Positions 21,440 to 30,217 of a DNA stretch of 64,000 nucleotides are shown here, one piece after another. Both the position numbers and the translations under genes were made by a program. Under the pieces are notes generated by a model. It saw only the letters and a list, made by a program, of their open reading frames with translations. It did not search any database and was not told the origin of the DNA. Source of the DNA: Candidatus Sericytochromatia bacterium (GTDB lineage Bacteria > Cyanobacteriota > Sericytochromatia > S15B-MN24 > JAQBPE01). The stretch covers positions 1 to 64,000 of the forward strand of contig JAYKHR010000173.1 in NCBI GenBank assembly GCA_035285125.1, given 5' to 3'. Numbering within the stretch: position 1 is the stretch's first letter; every line of letters begins with the position of its first letter.

Positions 21440-24066
21440 GCCGGCCAGGTCCCGGCGCGCCCGCGCCGGACACCGTCATTGTCACCCACATCCACAGCGA
21501 CCTCGACGCCCTGGCGGCCACGGTGGCCGCGCGCGTGCTGTTTCCAGGCGCGGTGCCCGTGCTTCAGCCGACGCTGGATCCCCAGGTGCGCGAGCTGGCA
21601 GCGCTGCACCGCGACGTGCTGCAGCTGCGCACCCCTGAGGAGGTCGACCTGAAGGGCGTCCGACGCGTCGTGGTGGTGGACACGCGCTCGCGCAGCAGGC
21701 TGGGGACGCTGTGGGCGCCCCTCGACCGGCCGGAGGTGGAGTGGTTGGTCTTCGACCACCACCCGCCGGCCCCTGACGAGCTTCCCGGGAGCGCCGGGCG
21801 CAGAGAGGTTCGCGGCTCCTGCACCAGCCTGCTGGTCGAGGCGCTCGCCGCCCTCCCGGAGGTAACGCTGGCCCCCGTCGAGGCGACGCTGATGGCCCTC
21901 GGAATCTATGCGGACACGGACGCCATGCGCGTGCCGGGCACCACGGCCGGAGACGTGCGCGCCGTGGCCTGGCTGCTGGAACGCGGGGCAGACCTGGCCT
22001 TCGTCAACCGCTGGGTGGACGCCGAACTCGCAAAGGGACAGCTGGCGCTGCTCGAGCAGCTCCTCGCAGGGGCGCAGCCACAGCTGGTGCAAGGCGCCCG
22101 GGTGGTGGTCGTCGGCACGCGCACCGACGCCTACGTGGCCGGGATTGCGGCGGTGGCAGATCGTCTGCAACTCGTCCTCGACGCGGACGTGGTGGTGCTG
22201 GCCGTCGAGATGGCGGGCAAGCGAACGCATATCGTGGCGCGGAGCCGCTTGGACGGTGCCGACATGCGCGGCCTGCTGGCGCCCTGGGCAGGCCAGGGTC
22301 ACCTGAGCGCCGCGAGCGCCCACGCGGATGGCCTGGCCTGGGAAGCAGTTGTCTCCCACGCGGAGCGCCACGTGGCGGGACACCTGCCGCCCGAACCCCG
22401 CGCAGAGGACCTGATGTCCAGCCCGGTCAGGACCATCGAGGCCAGCGCCCCCGTGGCGGAGGCCGTCACCCTGTTGGGCGACACGGGGCACAGTGGCCTC
22501 GTCGTGATGCGACGGGGCAAGGCCGTGGGGGTCGTCTCCCGGCGGGACCTGGAGCGGGCAGCACGTCACGGTCTGGTCGGCACGGAGGTGCGCCACGTGA
22601 TGACGAACGGAATCGTCACCACCTCGCCGGACACGCCGATGCACGCCCTGCTGACCACCATGGTCCGACGGGACATCGGGCGGCTGCCGGTCCTGCGCGA
22701 CGAAGCGCTGGTGGGCATCGTCACCCGGTCAGACCTGCTCAGGGCACAGTATGACCGCGCCCCGGATCGTCGAGCCGCCGTCTCGCGGCGCACGGCCACC
22801 CTCGGGGAGCGGCTGCGAGCCTTCTGGCCCGACGACTGGTGGACGGTGTTCGACACCGTCAGTGACGTGGCTTCCGGCCGGCCCGTTTACCTCGTGGGGG
22901 GGGCCGTGCGAGACCTCTTGCTCGATCGGCCCAACCTCGATGCCGACCTGGTCGTCGAGGGCGATGGCGTCGCCTTTGCCGAGGCCCTGCGGGAGGCCCT
23001 TCCGGGCGCCACCCTCAAGGTGCATCGGGCCTTTGGCACGGCCCACCTTCACACCGCGGACGGCAAGCGGCTGGATGTGGCATCGGCCCGCACGGAGCAT
23101 TACGATCGGCCCGGCGCGCTGCCTCGCGTCGCGCTCAGCTCGCTCAAGCAAGACCTGGCAAGGCGGGACTTCAGCGTGAACTGCCTGGCCGTTCGCATCG
23201 ACCGCGACGGTCGGGGCGAGCTCATCGATTTCTTCGAAGGCCTGCCGGACCTCGCACAGCGTTCCTTGCGAGTGCTGCACAACCTCAGCTTCATCGAGGA
23301 CCCCACGCGGGTGCTCAGGGCCGTTCGCTTCGAGCAGACGCTCGGGTTCCGGCTGGAGCCGGGGTCGGAGGCCTTCGCCCGGTTTGCCTTCGAGTCCGGG
23401 GCGTGCGACAGGCTCGCAGGGGAGCGCACCCGGGCCGAGCTGTCGCGGCTGCTGAGCCTCTCACGGCCCACCCAGGTGTTGGAGCGGCTGGCGGACCTCG
23501 GAGCCCTGCGGCTGCTCGCCCCCGAACTCACGCCAGGCCCCGACACCCGCCGCGCCGTGGCGGGCGTCCGCAACGCCCAGCGGCGCCTGGGGCTGCAGGG
23601 AGGCGTCGAAGCCTGGATCCCGGTGCTGGGGGTCGTGTTGTGGCCCCTCGGGGTCGAGGCCGGCGCCGCTGTCCTCGGCCGGCTGAACATGAGCGGGCGC
23701 CAGTGTGACGGCCTGGTCGCCGCCTGGCGCTGGCTCACGGCCGTTGCAGCGGAGCCGCCGCGGCCTTCCGACGCCTGCAAGGCGCTGTCCGGGTTGCCTG
23801 AGGCCCTGCTGCCCCTGGTGTACGCCCTCGCCCCCACCCGCCCAGCACGGCGGGCCGTGCTCGCCTACCACCTCCGCTGGCGCCACCTGCGCCTGACGGT
23901 GGGCGGTGACGACCTGAAGCGCCTTGGCGTGCCCCCGGGCCCGCACTATGCCGCCATCCTGACCCACGTGCTGGAGGCTCGCCTCGCGGGCACCATCGGC
24001 CCGGAGGGGGAGCTCGCACTGCTTCACGACCTTGCCACCCGATACCGAGCCGGAGACCCTGCCTGA
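21436..24066 (+). CDS. tRNA nucleotidyltransferase (CCA/A-adding type) with N-terminal DHH and CBS domains
   Basis: THIHSDLDA, DT, DHH, GIYADT, two CBS repeats, YLVGGAVRDLLL..DADLVVEG, ARTEHY, DLARRDFSVN, FIEDPTRVLRA. Confidence 0.92.
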   Translation: MSRPGPGAPAPDTVIVTHIHSDLDALAATVAARVLFPGAVPVLQPTLDPQVRELAALHRDVLQLRTPEEVDLKGVRRVVVVDTRSRSRLGTLWAPLDRPEVEWLVFDHHPPAPDELPGSAGRREVRGSCTSLLVEALAALPEVTLAPVEATLMALGIYADTDAMRVPGTTAGDVRAVAWLLERGADLAFVNRWVDAELAKGQLALLEQLLAGAQPQLVQGARVVVVGTRTDAYVAGIAAVADRLQLVLDADVVVLAVEMAGKRTHIVARSRLDGADMRGLLAPWAGQGHLSAASAHADGLAWEAVVSHAERHVAGHLPPEPRAEDLMSSPVRTIEASAPVAEAVTLLGDTGHSGLVVMRRGKAVGVVSRRDLERAARHGLVGTEVRHVMTNGIVTTSPDTPMHALLTTMVRRDIGRLPVLRDEALVGIVTRSDLLRAQYDRAPDRRAAVSRRTATLGERLRAFWPDDWWTVFDTVSDVASGRPVYLVGGAVRDLLLDRPNLDADLVVEGDGVAFAEALREALPGATLKVHRAFGTAHLHTADGKRLDVASARTEHYDRPGALPRVALSSLKQDLARRDFSVNCLAVRIDRDGRGELIDFFEGLPDLAQRSLRVLHNLSFIEDPTRVLRAVRFEQTLGFRLEPGSEAFARFAFESGACDRLAGERTRAELSRLLSLSRPTQVLERLADLGALRLLAPELTPGPDTRRAVAGVRNAQRRLGLQGGVEAWIPVLGVVLWPLGVEAGAAVLGRLNMSGRQCDGLVAAWRWLTAVAAEPPRPSDACKALSGLPEALLPLVYALAPTRPARRAVLAYHLRWRHLRLTVGGDDLKRLGVPPGPHYAAILTHVLEARLAGTIGPEGELALLHDLATRYRAGDPA

Positions 24067-24674
24067 TGCTGCACGCCGCCACAGATCCCATCGTCCTCGT
24101 CACGCTGATCACGCTCTTTGTGGTGTCAATCACGCTGCACGAGTTCGGCCACGCGGCCGCGGCCACGGCGCTTGGCGACGACACGGCCCGTGCGGCCGGT
24201 CGCCTCACCGTCAACCCGCTGGCCCACCTGGACGTGTTCGGCACCTTGTTCATCGTGCTTGCGGGTTTCGGCTGGGCCAAGCCCGTTCCCTTCGACCCAG
24301 GTCGGCTGGCCTGGCCCAGGCTGGGAACCTTTCTGGTGTCGGCGGCGGGCCCCGCAGCCAACTTTCTCCTGGCAATCCTGGCCTTGCTGGTCCTGGAGCA
24401 CGCCCCCGACCTGGGTGCGGGGGCCCGGATGTGGTTCCAGGTGCTCTTCGAGCTGAACCTGATGCTGCTGGTCTTCAACCTGCTGCCGATTCCCCCGCTG
24501 GATGGCGGCAACCTGATTGAGACCCTGCTGCCGCGCCGCTGGCTGCCGGCCTACCGGCACCTCGTGCCTTACGGCATCGTGGTCCTCCTGTTGCTCGTCC
24601 TCGTGCCTCAGTTCCGTGGCGTGCTCGACTGGCTGCTGGGCCTGGCGCGTGCCGCGATGTACGCCCTGGTCTGA
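24066..24674 (+). CDS. site-2 protease family (M50) metalloprotease
   Basis: HEFGH, GRLTVNPLAHLD, GWAKPVP, AAGPAAN, FNLLPIPPLDGG. Confidence 0.95.
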   Translation: MLHAATDPIVLVTLITLFVVSITLHEFGHAAAATALGDDTARAAGRLTVNPLAHLDVFGTLFIVLAGFGWAKPVPFDPGRLAWPRLGTFLVSAAGPAANFLLAILALLVLEHAPDLGAGARMWFQVLFELNLMLLVFNLLPIPPLDGGNLIETLLPRRWLPAYRHLVPYGIVVLLLLVLVPQFRGVLDWLLGLARAAMYALV

Positions 24675-24699
24675 GGCGTTGGGGGTGCTGGGCAGGCTG

Positions 24700-25188
24700 A
24701 TGCAGGTGGCTTGGTACCTGCGCCCGGACCTCGATGAGGCGGGGGAGCAGTGGGCGCTGGGTTGGCTGAGCCCGGTCCAGCTCGCGCTCTGGGCCGAGAT
24801 GGGAGAGGCGGACAGGGCCCACGCCGTGCGGGTGGCGCGCCGGCTTGCGGACCTCGAAGCACCCGCCTGGGTGCTGGAGGCCGCGCTTCTGCACGACTGC
24901 GGCAAGCCCGCAGGCTACGGGCTGGCTGCCCGCGTGGCAGGGGTGCTGCTTGGCCCGTGGCTGCAGGCCATTCCGCGTGAGCCCCGCCTCGGCGGCCTCG
25001 GGCGTTGGCTCCAAATCTACCGGTGGCACGACCACGAGGGTTTCGAGCGGGCCAGGCAGGCAGGCACGTCCGAGGCTGCCTTGGCCCTCCTCGCGCTGTA
25101 CGGCGACGTGTGGGGCGCCGACCTCCCCTCACACAAAGAGGCCCCAGCCTGGCTGGAGCCTCTGCGGCGCTGTGACGCGGAAGGGTGA
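24700..25188 (+). CDS. HD-domain protein
   Basis: MGEADRAHAVRVA, AALLHDCGK, later H and terminal D; start uncertain (24679-24700). Confidence 0.75.
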   Translation: MQVAWYLRPDLDEAGEQWALGWLSPVQLALWAEMGEADRAHAVRVARRLADLEAPAWVLEAALLHDCGKPAGYGLAARVAGVLLGPWLQAIPREPRLGGLGRWLQIYRWHDHEGFERARQAGTSEAALALLALYGDVWGADLPSHKEAPAWLEPLRRCDAEG

Positions 25189-25196
25189 GCCGCGCG

Positions 25197-25529
25197 CTAC
25201 TCGATGTCGATCTTCACCCGCTCGGGCTTGGCCTGCTCGGCAGGCGCTCCGGCGGACGGGCCGGACGTCCCGGGCTGCCACTTGTCGTTGAGCTGGTTCA
25301 TAAACTGCGTCGCCAACGTGAACAGCTCTTTGGCCTTGGACTCGGCCGTCAAGGCGGAGTCCTGGATGCCACGCTGGAAGGCAGCCACCTGGGGCGGCTG
25401 CTGGGCAGCAGCGGTCTCGATCTGGCTGCGGACCAAGCGAAGACCGAGCTCGGCGGTGTCGAGGGCCTGGCGTGCGAGTTGCTCGGCACTCTGGCGGAGC
25501 TCTTCAACCCGGGGAGACTGTTCTTGCAT
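25197..25529 (-). CDS. small helical hypothetical protein
   Basis: 110-aa ORF, AGGAGG RBS, Q/A/E-rich helices, ends ERVKIDIE. Confidence 0.75.
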   Translation of the reverse strand: MQEQSPRVEELRQSAEQLARQALDTAELGLRLVRSQIETAAAQQPPQVAAFQRGIQDSALTAESKAKELFTLATQFMNQLNDKWQPGTSGPSAGAPAEQAKPERVKIDIE

Positions 25530-25642
25530 GGCGCATCCTCCTTCTGGCTGCGACAGTCTACCACGAACGGCAGGCCGGGGTCGGGCCGCTTGGTGACGGG
25601 CGCGGTGGCACGCGTGGCCGGCCCCGTGATTATACTCGGGTC

Positions 25643-28225
25643 ATGACCACCGACAGCGCGCCTGCTCGCCCACTTCTCGTCGTGCCCCACACGCATTGGG
25701 ATCGGGAGTGGTACCGCACCTTCGAGCAGTATCGGTATCGGCTGCTGGCGACGCTGGACGCCGTCCTGGAGAGCGACATGCCGCACTTCCTGCTTGACGG
25801 GCAGACGGCCGTCGTCGACGACTACCTGGCCCTGCGCCCGGACCGGCGAGCGGACATCGCGGCGCGGTTGTCGGACGGACGTCTTGCCGTCGGTCCCTGG
25901 TACGTGCTGGTCGACGAGTTCCTGGTGAGCGGCGAGGCGCTCATCCGCAACCTGCTCGTGGGGCGGGCCACCACCCGCACGCTGGGAGCCCCCCCCGCGG
26001 GTGCGGAGGTGGGCTACCTGCCGGACATGTTCGGGCACATTGCTCAGATGCCCCAACTGCTGAGCGGCTTCGGCCTGGCGCACGCCGTCGTGTGGCGTGG
26101 CGCGAAGCCTGGAGCCCCGGCGTTCTGGTGGGAGGCGCCGGACGGCACCCGTGTTCGGGCCGCCTGGCTGCCCCAGGGCTACTACCAGACCATGCTGGTG
26201 GAGGATCTCACCGACGATCAGCGGCTCGAGCGGATGGCCAGCTACGCCAGCGCCTTTGGGGAGGCCCCGGAAGCCTGGCTCCTTTCGGGTGCCGACCACA
26301 TGGCCCCCCTGCCCGACACCGCCGCAATCGTGGCGCGGCTCGCGGCCCGGGCGGACGCGCAGTGGGCCCCCCGCATCACGTCTTTGCCCGCACTCTTCGC
26401 AGGCTCGCCCCCGACCGAGACGCTTCACGGGGAGCTTCGCGAGCCCGTCGGGAATGCCTACATCCTGCCAGGGGTGCTCTCGACGCGCACCTACCTCAAG
26501 CAGCGCAATGCCCACGTCCAGACCCTGCTGGAGCGATACGCGGAGCCTCTCTCGGCGCTGGCCTGGTGGGGCCGGGCCTCCGGCGCCTCCCGCATGGCGG
26601 CCGGCGTGGACCACGCGTGGCGGACCCTGATGTTGAACCACCCCCACGACTCGATCTGCGGCTGCTCGATCGACGAGGTCCACCGCGAGATGCTGCCGCG
26701 CTTCGACGCCGCGCAGCAGCTGGCCGAGGAGGTGCTGGCCGACGCCGTCGCGCTGCAGCGGCGGCCCTCGGCAGCCCCCTCTGTCTACGTCTTCAACGGC
26801 GCTTCCCAGCCCGTCGACGACCTCATCGAGGTCACCCTGGACTGGGCCGATGGCGAGGTTCCTGCACCCGCGGCCATCCGCCTGGTGGACGCAGAGGGCC
26901 GCGAGGTGCCCTGCGTGCCCCTCGCCGTCGAGGACGGCCCCCGGTTCGCGGCAGAGCCGGATCTGCTCCCCGACTGGTACCCCGCCAGGCGCTTCCGCGT
27001 GGCCGCCTCCGTGAGGTTGGCGGCCCTTGGCGGGATCGCCTTGCAGGCCGAGGCCGTGCCCGCCTGGTCCCCCGTGGAGGTGACCCCGGGGCTGTCCCAC
27101 GATGCGTGCGGCATCGAGAACAACCGCCTCCGGGTGGAGGTCGCGGCAGGTCGCGTCGTGCTGGTGGACCGCCTCACGGGACGGCGCTACGAAGACGTTC
27201 ACGGCTTCGTCGATGTGGCCGACGCCGGGGACAGCTACAACTTCTCGCCGCTGGCTGATGACAGGCCTTGCACGGCCACGCTCGCCCGGCACCGCGTGCT
27301 CGCTGAGGCGCCGCACGCGCGCGTGCTGGAGGTCGTCCACGTGCTGGACGTGCCCGTCGCGCTGGCGGCCGACAGGCAGGCCCGAAGCCTGGACAAGGCC
27401 CCGCTTGAGATCGTCTCACGGTTCCAGCTGACGGCCCACAGCGAAGCGGTGGCCGTCGAGATTCGCCTCTCGCACACCCAGCAGGATCACCGCCTGAGCC
27501 TCTGCGTGAGTGGCCCGGCCCCCGGGGCGGCAGCCTGGGTGGAGGGGACGTTCGGCGTGTTCAGGCAAAGCCCCGTGGCGGCGGGCGCTCTGCCTGCGGC
27601 CAAGGGCACCGAGGCCATCCGACCGGAGCGCCCCCAGGCAGGCTTCACGGCGCTCGTGGAGCCTGACGGGTCCGGGCTTGCGGTGATGGCCGAGGGACTC
27701 CACGAGGTGACGGTGCCGGGGGAAGGTGGGGGCCCCCTCACCCTCACCTTGCTGCGTGCCGTGGGCTGGCTGTCGCGGGACGACCTGCGCGCGCGCGGCG
27801 GCGGTGCGGGCCCGCGGTTCGAGACCCCGGACGCGCAGTGCGCCGGCGGGCAGGTCTTCCGCACGGCCCTGGCACCGCTTCGCCACGGCCACCCGGAGGC
27901 CGTGCGCCTTGCCACCTTGTGGGCCCATCCGCCCCGGGCGTGGCAGGGCCGGGGCCCCGCCCAGGCCGACGCAGGGCTGCGCTGTGACGCCCCTGCCATC
28001 GCCTTCAGTGCGCTCAAGCGCAGCGTGGACGGCCAGCACCTCGTGTTGCGGGCGTACAACGCTGGTGACACCGCGGTGGAAGCCGAACTCACCATCGGCC
28101 TGAGGGCCTCCAGGCTGCAAGAAGCGCGGCTGGACGAGACGCCCCTGGCAGACCTGCCCCTGGCGACCAGCTGGCGTGCCGCCTTCAGGCCCTACGAGAT
28201 CCGCACCTGGCTGCTGAGCCCCTGA
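25643..28225 (+). CDS. glycoside hydrolase family 38 (alpha-mannosidase-like)
   Basis: VPHTHWDREWY, LDGQ, GPWYVLVDEFLVSGEALIRNL, YLPDMFGH, NHPHDSICGCSIDEVH, LTLLRAVGWLSRDDL. Confidence 0.93.
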   Translation: MTTDSAPARPLLVVPHTHWDREWYRTFEQYRYRLLATLDAVLESDMPHFLLDGQTAVVDDYLALRPDRRADIAARLSDGRLAVGPWYVLVDEFLVSGEALIRNLLVGRATTRTLGAPPAGAEVGYLPDMFGHIAQMPQLLSGFGLAHAVVWRGAKPGAPAFWWEAPDGTRVRAAWLPQGYYQTMLVEDLTDDQRLERMASYASAFGEAPEAWLLSGADHMAPLPDTAAIVARLAARADAQWAPRITSLPALFAGSPPTETLHGELREPVGNAYILPGVLSTRTYLKQRNAHVQTLLERYAEPLSALAWWGRASGASRMAAGVDHAWRTLMLNHPHDSICGCSIDEVHREMLPRFDAAQQLAEEVLADAVALQRRPSAAPSVYVFNGASQPVDDLIEVTLDWADGEVPAPAAIRLVDAEGREVPCVPLAVEDGPRFAAEPDLLPDWYPARRFRVAASVRLAALGGIALQAEAVPAWSPVEVTPGLSHDACGIENNRLRVEVAAGRVVLVDRLTGRRYEDVHGFVDVADAGDSYNFSPLADDRPCTATLARHRVLAEAPHARVLEVVHVLDVPVALAADRQARSLDKAPLEIVSRFQLTAHSEAVAVEIRLSHTQQDHRLSLCVSGPAPGAAAWVEGTFGVFRQSPVAAGALPAAKGTEAIRPERPQAGFTALVEPDGSGLAVMAEGLHEVTVPGEGGGPLTLTLLRAVGWLSRDDLRARGGGAGPRFETPDAQCAGGQVFRTALAPLRHGHPEAVRLATLWAHPPRAWQGRGPAQADAGLRCDAPAIAFSALKRSVDGQHLVLRAYNAGDTAVEAELTIGLRASRLQEARLDETPLADLPLATSWRAAFRPYEIRTWLLSP

Positions 28226-28280
28226 TGGTCCGCGGCCCGGGCGAGAACCGCCGGGCGAAGCCGCAGCGGGAAGACGTGGT

Positions 28281-29171
28281 TCAGGGGCTTGCGGACGGCG
28301 CTGGCCCGAAGAAGGCAGGCCGCTCGGGGGTGGGTCCCCCCGTGGGCCCGGCGGCTGGGGCGAGCAAAGCCCCAGGGGAGGCCAACGGCAGCGGCGTCGG
28401 CATCACCGGGACGTCCACGCCATAGGGCAGGTCGGCGGGAGGACCAGGCTGAAAAGGCGATGCCATGGCGACGGGCGAGGGCTCCGCAAAAGGGTACGCG
28501 GGCGGCGGCGTGGGGGTCGTGGAGGGGCGCGGCGTCGGAGCAGGGGGCAGCGTCGCCGGTTCCAGCCCGTAGTGCTCCACCAGGCGGTCGTTCCACTCCC
28601 TGACGCGGCTGAGGATCGAGACCGCCTCCAGCCGGTCCGGGTGGTGCAGGTCCAGGTTTTCGCCGAGCCACAGCCCCATGTTGTATCCGCCGTAAAGCGC
28701 CAAGCCCGCCCCGATGAGGCTCAGGCTGAAGGCCCGCCAGTCTCCCGCGTTGGCCCCGCCCTGCCCACCCGCCGAGGCGAACAGGGCCAGGGGCCCCTCT
28801 CCCCGAAAGTTTTGCACGAAAAGCGCACCGCCGAGGGGCACCCCGACCAGCCCCGTGCCTGCCCACCAGGCCCAGTCGCGCGCCCGTTGCGCCTCCCAGT
28901 CCCGCGTCAGCGAGGGGTCATCCATCAGTTCCACGAAGTCGACGTGGTAGATGCGCTCTGCGCCCTGGCGCAACACCAGCGGGGAGGGGCTCGGCGTGGG
29001 CTGCCCCGGGGACGCGGAAGGCGATGGTCCTGGCGTTCCCTCGATGATGAGGCGCCGTTCCTGGAAGGCATCCAGGCGCCTTTGCAACGCGACGGGATCC
29101 TCTTCGACGGCGGCCTCGGCCAGGCCGGGCAGGCCGGCGATCACTGCGAGAACGACCCAACGACGCGTCAC
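28281..29171 (-). CDS. exported/membrane hypothetical protein with Pro-rich tail
   Basis: Signal-like VTRRWVVLAVIAGLPGLAEA, two hydrophobic segments, Pro-rich C-terminus; GGAGG upstream and TGCTATACT -10 at 29189-29197. Confidence 0.65.
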   Translation of the reverse strand: MTRRWVVLAVIAGLPGLAEAAVEEDPVALQRRLDAFQERRLIIEGTPGPSPSASPGQPTPSPSPLVLRQGAERIYHVDFVELMDDPSLTRDWEAQRARDWAWWAGTGLVGVPLGGALFVQNFRGEGPLALFASAGGQGGANAGDWRAFSLSLIGAGLALYGGYNMGLWLGENLDLHHPDRLEAVSILSRVREWNDRLVEHYGLEPATLPPAPTPRPSTTPTPPPAYPFAEPSPVAMASPFQPGPPADLPYGVDVPVMPTPLPLASPGALLAPAAGPTGGPTPERPAFFGPAPSASP

Positions 29172-29272
29172 CCGACACCTCCGTCCCCAGTATAGCAGCC
29201 GCACGCCCGCCGGCGGGTGCAGCGGTCGGTCGTTGGTGTTAGGATGAAGCCCCGTTGCCCGACCCCGAGCCG

Positions 29273-30217
29273 ATGCCACCCGCCACCCCCAAGACCTGGT
29301 TCCTCGCCGCGGCCATCGCCGCCTCGCTGGCTGCTTCAGGCCTGGCCGCTGCCTGGCTGCTGCGGGGCACAGCCGGGTCGCCCGTCCCGGTGACGCTGTA
29401 CGTGGCGGACCGCCAGGGGATGTTCCTCGTGCCGGCACCCACCACCCTCGCCCTGCGCGGGGCCCCCCAACAGTGTGGCGCGCAGCTGTTCGACGCGCTT
29501 CGCTCGCCGCCTGCCGAGGCAGGGGTGTCGGCGATTCCTTCGGACGCGCGCTGGGTGGAGGGGGCCTATGCGGGGACGCAGTGGCGCGTGACGGTCTCCC
29601 TCGCTCAGGCGCCAGGGTCGACAGGCGAGCGGCTGCTCGTCGGGTCGCTGGTGCGAACCCTGCTCGGGGCCGTGCGCGGCGCGCGGGAGGTCCGGCTCGC
29701 CCTCACAGACCGGGAGGGTCGCCCGCTGCCCTCCCAGCACCTGGACCTCAGCACGCCGCTGACGCTTGCGGACGTTGGCAACCAGCTGCCCTCGGGCCAG
29801 GGGGGCCTGGTCCGCACCACGTTGTGGTGGGCAGGGAAGGACGGTGGGGACCTCGTGCCGGTGCAGATCGCGCTGAGCGGAGACGCAGGGCTGCCCCCGC
29901 AGGACGCCCTCGAGCGGCTCGTGGCGGGCCCTGGCGCCGAGGCGGGCAGGTTCCTCGGGCCCGTCGTGCCCAAAGGGCTGCAGCTTCGTTGGGGGAGCCT
30001 CGTGAACGGCGTGGCGCACGTCGATCTGGGGGGCCCTCTGCCGGCTGGCGCGGACGCCGAGCGGCTCGTGAAGGCGGTGGTGCTGAGCCTCACCGAGTTT
30101 CCGGAGGTTCGCGCCGTGCAGTTCCTGCACGGCGGTCAGCGGGCTGGGGTTCGTCTGGGCAATCGGGATCTCGCGACCCCGCTCACGCGACGGGACGTCG
30201 CGCCGGAGGCGCCATGA
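29273..30217 (+). CDS. GerMN-domain protein (two copies)
   Basis: N-terminal TM; VTLYVAD..FLVP, SLVRTL, ALERLVAGP, GVAHVDL, AVVLSLTEFPEVRAVQFL. Confidence 0.8.
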   Translation: MPPATPKTWFLAAAIAASLAASGLAAAWLLRGTAGSPVPVTLYVADRQGMFLVPAPTTLALRGAPQQCGAQLFDALRSPPAEAGVSAIPSDARWVEGAYAGTQWRVTVSLAQAPGSTGERLLVGSLVRTLLGAVRGAREVRLALTDREGRPLPSQHLDLSTPLTLADVGNQLPSGQGGLVRTTLWWAGKDGGDLVPVQIALSGDAGLPPQDALERLVAGPGAEAGRFLGPVVPKGLQLRWGSLVNGVAHVDLGGPLPAGADAERLVKAVVLSLTEFPEVRAVQFLHGGQRAGVRLGNRDLATPLTRRDVAPEAP

